Assembly (NCBI RefSeq): GCF_964355755.1
Contig: NC_092670.1
Span: forward strand, 12,882,795 to 12,946,794
Origin: Antedon mediterranea
Lineage: Eukaryota > Animalia > Echinodermata
Direction: 5' to 3'
DNA: 64,000 nt
In this document: piece after piece, positions 1 to 13,400 of the stretch
Numbering within the stretch: the first letter of the stretch is position 1
How the letters are laid out: the number at the start of each line of letters is the position of its first letter
Made by a program: the position numbers and the translations under genes
Notes under the pieces: model-generated
What the model was told of the DNA's origin: nothing
Seen by the model: only the letters and a program-made list of their open reading frames with translations
Database searches by the model: none

Positions 1-111
1 CCTCAAATCCAAAACCGGTCCGTTATGTGGAATTGGCGTTAAACTGACTTCCTCATGTAAAAGAAACTGCAGCAGCATTGATTGTTGATTATTTTACATT
101 TTTGTTCATAG

Positions 112-2865
112 GTTTCCCTTGCTGTACGAGACAATCACCGGAGGGCGTGTTTTAGCTGTGTTGTTTTTCTTTGCTCTGTCGTTAGCTGGATTGAGCTCCA
201 TGATTGCTAATGTTGAGTTGTTCGTTCATAATGTCAAAGATCTTGGAGGTACTGTAAATTATTTATGAATAGCATCAAAAATGTTTTTGTATTTTATTTT
301 TAATATATAATACCCTCTATTTTCTATTTGGGTTTCTATGAGTTATTTTGAGAAATCACTTGATATCATTTCATCTCTGTACAACAATTTTCGGTTTCAA
401 CATCTATTTACACTAGTAATTAAAAGTAATAAAGTTGTTAAGTATAAAATGAATTAATGACGTGATACTAAAAGTAATGGAAAATGAGTTTTTATTGTTA
501 TCTCATGATCAACCGTCGCCAACAAAAGATAAAATTGAAAATAAGCTGATAAAATGTTGTTTTGATATAGAAAACAAAATTAACAGTTTTCATTCATATT
601 GATTGTGCCATGCAAACCTTAAAACAATATATTACAGAACTTTCTCTACTACATGTGAAATAGACAAAGTCATTGAAACCTTCTCATAAGTCCTTGCTCA
701 GGTTCGAGTCTCTTCTTGTTGTTCATAGTTATTGCGGTTCTTTCTAAGCTCTGTCTGCACTATCAAACTTTATGCGACAAAAAAATGTGATGTGCCAATA
801 CAGCATATGAACATGATGATGTCATATTATTACCATATTTAGACATATACAGTAACTACCATATTTGGGCACTTTTTTTTGTCAAACTAGTTTGATAGTG
901 TAGACAGAGCTTTAGGGAGGGTAAGCACTGGAGGTCCAGTGTTGTATATCTCTGCCTTGCAGCTTGTAAATACATCTCTCTGGAGAGTGAAAGGGTGTTA
1001 TTCCTGTGTTCTCAGTACCCTGTCCTGGATAAAAACTTTTTGTCACCTGAGTGCTAAGGGGAGAAGAAAGTTGTCTGGGCTGTTTTTTTCTGTAGGATAC
1101 AAGTCACAATTCATTCCTACCTACCTTCACATTTACATAAAGTATAACATATTTTTTTTTTCAGTGAAACGATGGCAAGCCACGATTGGATGTACTATTA
1201 TCATATTTTTAATAGGTGTTGGTTCAGCTGTCAACTTGCAATTCTTACTTAACCAAGTAAGATACCACACAATTTTTCTACTAAATGGCTTTGCATAGAA
1301 ATGATGAAAGTATTTAATTAATTTAACTCATTGAAATATATTACAAAATAAAAGGTCACTGCTGTAAACATAAACAGTTTTTCCAAATAATTGTATGTGT
1401 ACATAATTTGTAGTTACTGCAGTAACTGCAGTAGAATAATTTTAAACAGCGTTCATAGAACTTTTTACTCTCACCTGCTTCATACCACTGTAGAACATTT
1501 CTGTAAAATATTTCTGTTTATGAGAAGTTACAAATCTTTGTCATAATTATTAAATTATTATTTACACAATTTTCTCTTTTAAAGGATTTTGTTTGGGGAT
1601 TCGCATTAATTATATCTGGAACCTTGTTCCTGTACATGATTTATAGATATGGAGTTAGAAATTTCCGCCAAGATATGTTTAATAACTACAGCATATCTGA
1701 CTGGCAACTTCCTTTAGTTTGGGAATGGATTGTTAAGTAAGTCTGTGTTTGGATACTTATTCTAGATGTGTTTTTGATTTCTGATGACTGACGACCCAAC
1801 TATATAATGTTAGTTCATTGTGCGCATACAAGAATATTGGGACTTGCTTTCTCGCTCCCCCCACTTTAAGACAGGTTTAATGGTTTCTAGGTCCAGGCGA
1901 TGACAGACGACACATTCATTGATTGACCTGACCTAGTTAGATTGTTGGTTGTCACATATTTTCCCTATTGTTTCATGCAGTACCTTTTTCCCTTCAACAA
2001 CAATGTCCTCAAATTGCAAACAAACAATACAACAACTTACTGTAAATTTCTTGAATTGAAAGTTTAATTATAGAATGTCCAAAAGCTGATCATGCATTAG
2101 AACAATTGATTAGAACTTCTACCATAAAATAGAACTAAATAACATCACTTGAAACAAAATAAACAAATTTCATTGATGATAATTTTAAATATTTTATATT
2201 TATTCTCTACTTCTCTAAGATTCATTGCACCTATTGAGGCAGTTGGACTGTTGGTGTGGTGGGCAATTGATACCATTTCAAATTCTGACGGTGAGGAACC
2301 GTGGTATGGGTTTTCACCTGAGAGTTTTATGGCGTGTATAGTTCAGGTGAGATTTTATACAATTTGGCCCTCTATAAATAAACCTATAGTAACAACAAAT
2401 CTTCTATACTACGAGTCGTCTGTCGAAAGAACTTTAAACATGTTTAATTTTCTCCCAGGGCATATGGTAGACACTGCATTGTGGATGCTGTGGGGGGTCA
2501 TAGGCCTTATCTGTATTAATATTTGTTCATTTCCAGTTAAAATTATTTTTTTACATTGGTTACTTTACCGTACTGTAGCAATGCATTTTCTTTTTGTAGG
2601 TTAGTTTTAACCAATGAAACTATAAAATTATGTATAAATTATTATTTTTTTTTTTCATAAGTGGGTTGGTTTCATGGCAATATTGGTTACTATTAATCTG
2701 CTGTATGTAAAGTATTGGCTAAATGTGAAACAAGAAAAGGAAGATAAAAACCCTCTGAGCTCTCACGACACACATGCTAACTCACACTTAAGTCTACACT
2801 CAAGTCTACACTCAAATTCCAATCCAAGTTATGGTACGTACGGAGACGAAGAAACCAAATACTGA
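112..2865 (+). CDS. SLC6/NSS-family sodium-dependent transporter, prokaryote-like (YocR/MhsT-type); 3' exons only, 5' part outside window
   Basis: GT-AG exons at ~112-248, 1165-1256, 1585-1736, 2220-2346 and 2662-2865 splice in frame to FPLLYETITGGRVLAVLFFFALSLAGLSSMIANVE...DFVWGFALIISG...WEWIVKFIAP...WVGFMAILVTINLL...EETKY*. The FF..L..AGLSS...E segment is the NSS TM8 motif. Confidence 0.8.
747..911. mobile_element. MITE family GCTCTGTCTACACTATCAAACT...AGTTTGATAGTGTAGACAGAGC
   Basis: Terminal inverted repeats, with copies at ~6643-6765, 7441-7545, 19289-19417, 38276-38415 and a partial copy at 45568-45665. Confidence 0.75.
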
Positions 2866-4987
2866 AGTTTAGTAAGATCTGATATTTCTGAAAGGCTAAA
2901 AGAGAGTTTTTAAAAAGCCTAACGAAAAAAAACTTAAACTTTGACCTTAACTCCTTGCATCCAGTATGTAAATGCTACCTTTACATTCAACTCAAATTGA
3001 ATAATTGTACATCACAAAGTTTTGGTTTAAATTTAAGATCAGCTAAAAACAACAAACATGTCTGTAAGTGTACATATTGAGAAATCACAACTCTATCCTA
3101 TAGAATAACTACATCATATGAAACATATTTTTATAAGATTATGTTTATATTATAATATATAGCAATTATATTTGATAACAAGAAAATGGAGAAACAGTAT
3201 GTAATACAATAATACTAATTAATATTGTATATTATGATTATGCAATGTTTTAATCATTCCATTATTGATTCAAATATTCTATTTTATTTTGGCAATATCA
3301 AACTGCAATATTATGATTTTATTTTGCAATAGATAATCATATATTAATTATATATAATAGGACTAATAATATAAAAATTTAATTAGTAAAGTATTGACAT
3401 ATATTTTTAAAAATTATTAATAATTATTATACTGACTTTGTAAGCCAGTCTGGTGTAAAAAAAGTAAACATGAGTAAGGTATTCTTTATGAACGTGAACG
3501 TAAGCTAAAAAACAAACAAAAATAGAATTTAAACAAACAAAAATAGAATTTTTGCACACAGACGGTAGAGCAGAAACCTGCTCAGGATATATACAGATTC
3601 TATGTAGGACAAGCTACTCGGTTTACCGTTACCACTCATATTTGATTGATCTTCATTTTGTACTTCATTTCCATGCCGCTTTAACCTCCCATTATTTTTC
3701 GACCAGGCTCTCATTTTCAACTGAATGAACTTCAAAAAATTGAACTCTGCTCTTTCTGTATGATAGGTTTTCTGCTTACTGTTACCGCCCATCTGCATAA
3801 ATTGGTCTTCATTTGGTACTTCATTTCCATGCCACTTTAACCTCCCTAGTATTTTTCAACCAGACTCTCATTGAATTGATTGGACTACACGAATTATACT
3901 CTTCCCTTTCTGTATAATAGTCAAATGTCTTAACCACTCGGCTACCTTAACTCTATATGGTTCCAATCTTATCAGCCATCCATGTGTGTATATTTTGGTC
4001 CACTTAACCAGGAAAGAGTGACTAACTTAATAAGGTGGTGATTTTAATTCAAGTCAATGCAAATGCAAAAACAATAGCAATAATTCTACTCAGGGTTAAC
4101 TATGCAAATCTTTGTTTGTAAATTGAGTAAAAAATGTCAATGAACTGTGTGTCTTGACAAAATCATAGAAGCTGTTCAGCCATAGTTAGTTAGCGATAAA
4201 CTGTGCCCATGAAACCAACTTACATGGAGAAATAACTACAGTAAGTCTGAACTATCCCTCCTTTTGGACACCTCTATTAAGGGGAAACTCATATTCAAGA
4301 AACACCTCTTTTCAAGAGACACCTCTATACAGGGAACACCACTATTCATGGTAAACCTCGATTCTGAAGGTGTCTCCTAATACAGGTTCTACTGTACTAC
4401 CACCTGCATTTAAGTATTGTGCAATTGTGTTTTAGGCTGAAGTTATGATTAAATATTTAATGAACGTTATACGGTTACGACGGTCGTTTACTATGGAAAA
4501 ACAATCCACCATGAAATATGCTAAAAATTAACAAAATAAACAAAATAGAAAATATCCTCTGCATACTGCACTGATAAAGGTTTAACTTTATTAAGAATAA
4601 TTATAAACAAACCTTCTTTTGCATTAAACCAGCTATACATTATTGTAACTTTATATCGAATACGTAAATAAATAAATAATAAAACTTATCATATGGTTTT
4701 AATTGTTTTTGTCTACGAAATTACAATATTATAAACATAGGTAGATTGACTATACTGTATAATAGGAATAAATACATTGTTTTTTAAAATCTAAAATGAA
4801 ATCCACTATTACACAAACTCACGAATGAGAACAGATTCGGCGAACCTGGGTTAATGTATTTGAGTATTTTTAAAGTATATTCGAACGTCCGCTCTCGGCG
4901 CTGTTTTCGAATCAAATATTTAATTGTCACTCACTAATATTGTTTTTTTATTATTATATCTATTCTGATAAATAATGATTTGTTGTT

Positions 4988-7358
4988 TTATGGAAATGAC
5001 GTAGCAAACGTGATAAGTAACTCCGTTGTTGACGCGATCGTCATAAATATTCCAAATAGAAACGCAATGACAGCAATTGTAACGCAAGTGATAATTTGAA
5101 TATTTGACATGTACTGGAATTTAAGTTTTATATAAAATATGCAGGGACATATGAAGCTCATCCAGGGACTAACCAAACTACCAATGAACCCCATGAATTT
5201 GGCGAAATGTGGAACTATCACTGCAAAAAATAAACAACTTAGGACGATGACAGCTCGGAAAATGGTAGCCCAAACTGGAGGTGGGTCTTTTGGGGTGGGA
5301 CCATAACAAGGGGGTAACGCGTTGACCCTTAGTAGGTCAAAGTTATCAATGATAAAGAAAAGAAAGAGAGGATAAGTGAAAATAGCTTTGAGAACCAGAA
5401 GCAAACTAACCGCAATGAAAACCGGTCCTGCGGGCATATTATACACAATGAATTCTTTTACATCATTTCCGAACGCAATGTAAGGTGTGATTGAGTAAGC
5501 TAATAGAAGAATTGTACAGAATCCATACGAAAAGTTAATCATAGAATCGAACTTTGACCGATCTTTCATAGTTTCTTCAACACCAGCAATGGCAAAACTC
5601 GCTTCAAAGTTGAATAGGAGTACTCCACAGCTGACAGTGAACGCCCGGATGCCAACGTTCGGTGTGTATTCAAATTGCCAGGTGCTTGAATTAATCTCCA
5701 TGGCTGAATAGACTATGACACTTATAAACATACTAGAAATGGCAAGAATGGCTATGAAACTGCTGATGGAGATCTTGATTAAAGTCCTTAAGAAGATACT
5801 CGGTAAAACCAACACTGTTGTTACGACAGTCCACCACAGTTTGGAAAGTCCGAGTTTTGGAAACGTTTCTACCAACATTGCTCCTGCTAGTTCGAGATAC
5901 AGAGTTGCCACAGCCATACAGTATATGATTTGAATGATAACGATGAACCGTCTGCCGTGTTCTCCCCAGCATGCCTGTGCTATATCTGCATAACTTGATC
6001 TGGTCCTTACTTTCTTAATCTTTCCATCTGGTGTTTCAACATCATCGTACAAACATCGTGCAATCAACTGAATAGAAAATCAAAACTGTCATTATTCGTA
6101 AAGGCACATTAACTTATTTAGCTAAGGTAACAATAGATACATACAGCAGAACGATAAGCCTTCTGACATATGCCTATTATGTTATGTTCAAGTTTTCTGT
6201 AAAGGTTCGCGATTATATCAGGTAATTTCTTTTCCTATTTTAAGACAACATGAAAAATAATTCAATATTGATGCAGACATAACCAACTTTAATTGAATTA
6301 GCCCTATAGACAAATGACTAAATATAGCTCAAATATTAACCTTTTTAAAATAAATTGCGCATGCGCACATACAATTAGTAAGATTCGATGGATGATGACG
6401 TACAAGAACTGTAACTAACAATCGTTAAACACTTACCTTACTCGTGTATACTAAAACGATACAGGCTAAACAAAATATTACGATTGCTGCTACAAGTCCA
6501 CCCTCCTTAAATGCGTAAGGAATACTCAATATACCGACACCAAATATGCAGTTACATATATTACAAGCAGCCTGAAAGGCGGAGCCTTCTCCAAAGTCTC
6601 CAAATCTTCCACTATTTACTGCAAAATATAAATGATCAAAACCTGTCTACACTATCAAACTAGTTTGTGATATATCCAAATATGATGATATGACATCATC
6701 GTGTCCATTATTATGGGCACATCACATTATTTTGTCGCATTAAGTTTGATAGTGTAGACAAAACTTTACATATCGAATCAGTTTATTATCACTTGCAATC
6801 ATTTTCAGGTCCAATTTATCATTAACAGAATGTAATCACCAGTTACAGCATTAGAGAGCTTAATAATTGCAGTCCTTCTTTTGTTCACACATTTCAAGTT
6901 TTCAAGTTCAAGTTTATTGTTTCACACAATACAATACAATAGAACAGTAACATAAATTAATAAAAACAATTGTGTGAGGAGGACGCATTAAGCCAAGGCT
7001 TTAAGTTTGGTCCTCCAGATAATTAATATATTTAATTATTTAATTTAAGTTAATTGACAAGTTAATATTTTATAGTATGTCAAAACGTTACGTCTCGCAG
7101 GAAGAATTACGAAGGCTTAGAGAACATAACTCTACGTAGAGTTCTATGCAAGCCATTTTAAGCTTCCGTATAAAATGAATGAAACTTACTTCCATCAAAG
7201 TTGATAAAAAACGTTCCGTTGGTTTGTGAAAAATGTACAGTTGGATCTTGACTACTTGCAGGAGATTTTTGTTTCGTTGTATCACAAGTGATTCCGTTTG
7301 AGGTTTCGTCAAATGTTGAAACGAGTTTTGTCTTTTCGTTGTAGTCATCTAGCTCCAT
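4988..7358 (-). CDS. Vesicular inhibitory amino acid transporter-like (SLC32/Aa_trans family), ~476 aa, 3 exons
   Basis: Exons 7358-7190, 6618-6437 and 6067-4988 join in frame: MELDDYNEK...AFQAACNICNCIFGVGILSIPYAFKEGG...YTSK|LIARCLYDD...SYADIAQACWG...KAIFTYPL...PHFAKFMGFIGS. Multiple TM helices of the Aa_trans family. Confidence 0.85.
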
Positions 7359-9350
7359 AGTTTACCTGTGTGTAAAGAGAATAAACTTCATGCAACGAGA
7401 AAGTTCTAAAACAAAGTATTCAGATTGATAACAAAGAAAGGTCTGTCTACACTATCAAACTAGTTTAACAAAAAAAATATGATGTGCGCAAATATGGTAG
7501 TGATATGACATTTTCACATAAAATTTGATAGTGTAGACAGAGCCTAAGTCAAGTAGAATAGTTTATTGAAGGCAAATAGTATAGTATGTAAAGTCATTGA
7601 CATCACGAATAAACACGCACCGCGTATTACCATTTTATCAACTTTTGAGCGTGCGCGTAAAAAGCCGCACCATTACAACATTGTTTAAACGCATTGTTAA
7701 GATCAATTTTATTAACAATTTATCATGAGGGGATGCTATTTGTATAGGTTATCTGTAATCGTTTGTTGTAACTTAATTTATGTTTGTAAATCACACAAAG
7801 CCTTCTGAATTAAACAGTTTCCTAAGTAAGCGTAATTTGATTTTCTCAATTAATAATATTGAGTTTCCATTCTTGATCGGTATTATTGTTAATATAATTT
7901 ATTTAATTAATATTAGAAATTCTTTATAATAGTTTCAATGAAGCGTTGATACTGCGACAGATAGGAGCCTACTAGTCTGAGAAGAACCGTAATAAGTATA
8001 ATAATTGTAAAATCTTAAAGATCATTGCACCGAGACAGCCATCCACTTTTTCATGGATCCAATTTTCTTCACCATTGGAGAGAGTTTTCGATCTGCAACG
8101 TTAAACGTTTGCGCATGCGTAATTACATTCATAACTTTTAGGCTAGGCGAGTTAATTCACATATACTGTATGACGTACCATCAGACAATGCAACTACAAC
8201 TACTGACCAATCAGAAACAACATATTATTAACACCACGGCCAAGCCGAAACACTGAATCATCGACGGTAAGGCAAAACAAAATTAGAAAGAAACTACTGT
8301 AAAAGAACTGTAATAACTTAGGCCTAATGATAGTTTTTCTAACTTTACGGAGATGGGTATTAATTTCATTAGCTATATAGCACCAGTACTAGACTATGAA
8401 ACAAACTGCATTTAGTTTTACTACCAAGAAAATGGTATCGAATCTCGTATCTATTCATACATTGGCCTAAGCTAGGCCATCCTACGTGGAACTGAGCTCA
8501 ACCAAGCAAACAAAGCGATGGGCTGCTGTGCGTAATATGTGTGAGCGATCTAGGTACTCATTGTCAGGCTCAAGTCATATCGTCTGGCAGGGGAGGAGAA
8601 TGACTTATTCGTCATAGATAATAAATACATTGATAATGTATTGCAGAACTCAGTTTGAGGATGATCGTCTGACGATTGTTCAGCTTGTATCGAAAGCTAA
8701 GCAAAAGGAAATGTTCTAGGTTCCTAAGGCTTATTAGGCCCTATATTATTGTCACGCTGATTGTTAAATGTGTTACAATACGACATATCCACCCACCCCT
8801 CCCACTCATCCCTTCCCACACACCGTATTTGGTTCCCAATTTGACGCAACGGAATCACGTAAGTACAACGCAAGTGAGTTGATAAAGAGTTCGAATCTAT
8901 ATATAAATTTACGTAAGGGCAAAATTCGGTAAATCGCGCCTTACTTCTAGAATTTTTACTCGATGGTATATAAAGTTGGTTCGTACTTTCGGTACTGATT
9001 TTAACCACCTGATTTAACCCTGTTTACTAATTAAATTAAGTTAGATAATTAGTTATTGACGATTAAAACGAATTTAGGTTCAACGATTTGCCCCAAATAG
9101 GGGTGTTTTCCGATCGTGGTATACACTGTCTAATGGATGTCCATCTTGAAAAATACCCGCCACAAAAATGCGAGGAGGCTTCGCATTTTCCTATCTCCTC
9201 CTACGATAATTGTTTTTAATAGCTGAAAACCGGTTGAACAGTTCGAGTACAGCATCATAATGTTGAAGACAGGCCGATTTTCTTTAAAAAATACTATTTT
9301 GATACATTTAATATACGTTTTTACAAATGTATTGATTTGTGATGAATGGA

Positions 9351-9875
9351 ACATTCCAAATTATTTGGTTTAACCATACAGGTATAAATTTAGATTTATG
9401 GGCCCCCTTGGAGAATAAACATAAATAGTATTGCAATGCTGTACAATACTGTTAAGGTATTAACCACTTTTGATCGCAATTTGAATCGCAAATTTCTTAC
9501 TGTGAGTGTTGGTACTGTTAGATGTAATATAAAAATATATACAAATAAACTTTATTACTGTGAGTGTGGGTAGGCCCTACTGTTAGATTATAAAAATATA
9601 ATATACAAATAAACATTCCAAATTATTTGGTTTAACCATAGAGGTATAGATTTAGATTTATGGGCCCCCTTGGAAAATAAACATAAATAGTATTGCAATG
9701 CTGTACAATACTGTTAAGGTATTAACCACTTTTGATCGCAATTTGAATCGCAAATTTCTTACTGTGAGTGTTGGTACTGTTAGATGTAATATAAAAATAT
9801 ATACAAATAAACTTTATTACTGTGAGTGTGGGTAGGCCCTACTGTTAGATTATAAACATATAATATACAAATAAA
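9351..9875. repeat. Tandem duplication, 2 x ~262 bp
   Basis: ACATTCCAAATTATTTGGTTTAACCATA... starts at 9351 and again at 9613, and the units are nearly identical. Confidence 0.9.
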
Positions 9876-10416
9876 TAAACGTTATTACTGACAGTTGCTT
9901 CTCAACGTTTGTATTAATTAATAATTAAAAAATATATAAACGTCGTAGTGGTGTATCGTTACATGTACTTTACTATTTCAATCGACTATGACAGTGAGAG
10001 TTTTAACAAAGTACCGTATTAAATCGTAAATGTTTTACTGTATTTAGTGGTATATTATTTATAGGCCTATAAAACATTAAAAACAATATTTCGTTACTGA
10101 GTGGATAAGAATATATTTTAAAATGTTTCCTCTTTGTACCTATCTTCTTCCCCCATCCCTCAACCCTTAATGTTACATACAAAACACAAATTGGGTTTGT
10201 TTAAATGAGTCCAAATAAAAAAATTTGACTCATTTTGTTTCTCTCTCGGAAGTAATTCTCAGGGTGCTAATTTTGGTTGACTACATAAATCATTGTGTAT
10301 ATTTATTCGTTTCTGTAAACGACAATGTATTATAGTCCTGCGGTACGTACATTTGAAATCTCCATTTTTTTCTCGCTGGAAATACTGTGTATTCGAGAAC
10401 CATCTGTGGGCACGAC

Positions 10417-10454
10417 CTAGATGGTACGCGAGCGAAGCGAGCGTGCCATCTAGT
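10417..10454 (+). mobile_element. Helitron/Helentron-like terminal hairpin
   Basis: CTAGATGGTACGC-GAGCGAAGCGA-GCGTGCCATCTAG followed by T: a GC-rich hairpin ending CTAG|T. The other end was not identified. Confidence 0.45.
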
Positions 10455-13400
10455 AATAATAATAATAATAGCTCGTCATAGTGAGAGAACCAAGCTTTAA
10501 ATTCCATAAAACACACGTAGGCCTACTCATGTGGTGCATTGTTGATGTAGGTCTATTAGCAACTTTAGTAATAGTAACTGAAAGTACGTCATGTGTATTA
10601 GAAGATTATTAAATTTCAAGCGACCTTGGCTTTTTGATCAATATGAAATGCAGCAGACAAAACTTGTCGGGTATTTTGTAGTAATTCAATCGATTCTGTA
10701 ACATCTCACTAGATTTAACTGTTTCTGATAGTATCTTATTAGTAACAAACACATCGGACACAGGAGCAAATGCACTCTTGAAAGTTCAACGTCCACCTCA
10801 AACATTCGCACTAAAGAAATTTAACTTCATGGAGCTTGAATTGTTTAGTAGGCCTATACTTAAACTTCTTAATGATGCAATCCTTGGAATCCTCCCGACG
10901 ACACAAGTAGGTAGGCCTACGTATAGATAAGTCTAGTGACAATTATACAGCCTGCAGTTAGTTGGCAACAATCTAGAAGTGATGACGTGTTTGTCACACA
11001 TCTGTGTCACATTCAAACTATATTATGCATCTTTTAAATCAAATCAGATTTAAAGTAACAAATGAAATATATAATAAAGAAGAAAATATATAAAATTCCC
11101 AAAAACAATTTTTTAAACTAATTAATGTTACTTTACAATGAAATTAAAGTACAGAGCACCTTAACTTTTGAACTATTTCAACTTAATATTGTGATACAAC
11201 CCACGATAATCATTTCAACGAAACTGCGTATAACATATTCGATCGTTATTAAGTGCGAAATTTCATTTATTAAATAAACACGATCTTCAAGGATTTATAA
11301 TACCTTTAATTAGATAGATCTTCAATTTATCTTCTAAAGAAAGTTTCCGCCTAATTTGTTTAGTCCGGTTGAGTACCCACAATCTCACAATAACTCTTCA
11401 TTTGTCAATTGTAGCCTGAACTCTGTTCGACATGCTTCCGTATTATCTGTATTGATCACGTAAATTAAGACTGTCACTCTGGCTATTTATTATCATTGAA
11501 ACGTTTTAATGGATTTCGCAAAATTTACATAGACAGTATTAATTTCGGATTAGATCGTCTTAACTGTTATTCTTCTGTTTGTACTGTACTTAATACCATT
11601 TTTGTATTTTATTAAGGTAATTGATGACGGTGTGTTATTGGTTTTAATTAAACAAATCGGTCTTTAATTCAATTGTGTTTGTTTATTCTGTAAACTATAA
11701 TTTGTGTTACGCACCTACTCACATTTTAACACGTCTACACATTACATTAAATTGCCGTTGGAATGTGTAGAGAAAACGCAAAAATAGTGCAAAATATTCA
11801 ATAACAACAAAGACGATGATGATAAATCAATAAAATCTTCCAGAATTAACAAGAAATCGTTGTACATAGGCTAATAAAACAATAGAGCATTTTCATGATT
11901 CGAAAGAAGATTAGATCCAAAAATTAAAATTCACTTAAAAATTTAAATTAGACAAAATAACTTGAATCTTGAATCCACTCAATTCACTAAGATCATGGTT
12001 TAGTTTAAAGTCTACAGATATTTGACAAATATAGTGTAAAGTAGGCCCCTATACATTAATTTCCAAACTCGATTAATGTAGTTTTGAGTAGGCCTAAACT
12101 GAAATAGATGACAAAATTCATCCGATTTGTAGCAGCCTGTTGTTCTCTCCTTTTGGAGCTGTGATGTTGAGTCTATGATAAATAGAGCCTAATTTTGGAT
12201 AAATAGGTTTTTTGGGTTCTGTTGTTAGTAGTTATTTGATGTTATGTCCGTATTTTGTAGGTAGGCCTGTTTGTAATTAGATATTTGGTAGACTACTACC
12301 GTCTATTGTGTTGTAGCGATTGATAAATTTAATTGACTAACTTTATTCACCAGGAGTAGATTGTTTTCATTGATGTAGTAATATCGAAAAATATTCTAAT
12401 AACGACAGATTGTGAAATGAACCTTCATTAACCTTCTTGTATTCATTATTGTAATTCAACCAATTAAATACATGGATTGATTAACAAGATAACACTTCTC
12501 GCGGCTATTTAGTGAAACATTATTCTGAAAGACTTAAAACAGCAGCGCCTCCAAGTGTGCAGATGATAGATCAGTACTATAGTAAGGCCAGTATTATATC
12601 TTGAAGATCGTTACTGATATCGGCGCGGGAAACCAAGCTAGAATCGATTGATAAAGCCAGGGGTTTTATGGCACCAGAGCTAGATAATGCAAAAATCAAT
12701 GTGTAAACTTGTTTTCGTAAAACATTTAGCACATGGACTATGATTGACAGCGTTTACAAACCACGGTGCAAAAAGGATGTTACTACATGTCTTAATTAAA
12801 AGTTTGTACAAATAAGAGTATGTTATATATCGCAATTTGTCTACAAAATAAATTAAGTAAAATAATTAAGTTGATGGAACATATCAGGGGTATTTTTAAT
12901 TATAATTATGGCTATAAATGGCGAATGGTTTATCCTCATTTAGAGATGATTATCTAGAAAAAGGAAATGTCGCTCGAAATCATCAAAGATTCTTTTTTAA
13001 ACCGACGTTCGTTCATGACTCAGTACACAATGGATTATGCTGTAGGCCTAAACAGGCGACCAATCGATACCTTACTAAAAATACCAAATGACAGAAACCA
13101 TTGTTATTAAGCTATTAAGATTATACTAAATATAGATAGGCGTACTATTTTGATGGTGAAAAGATAAATGTGCTGTACCCACGAAGATTATCAGCTATTA
13201 ATTGGCAAACATTTTTTTTATATTCTCATTGATTTGCTTTTTACTTATGTTTACAATGATCAACATTCCAAATTTTCAGTTCAGTTTTACAGTTTGAGAA
13301 ACATTAGGCCAAGATTAAAAAGATCCAGAGTCGATGGCAGTGATATTGTTACTAAATAAATCTAAAATGTAAAAAGTTCAGATTTGATGGAGAAAAAATT

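Noticed and set aside
3529-3960. 89-aa ORF over a ~156-bp diverged duplication with a tRNA-like GGTAGCCGAGTGGTTAAG on the minus strand
   Set aside because: No full cloverleaf or B-box and no protein motif; probably repeat debris, not a tRNA or gene.
12590-12690. Kinase-like fragments (KIVTDIG, GFMAPEL)
   Set aside because: They are in different frames with stops between and no other kinase motifs; probably chance.
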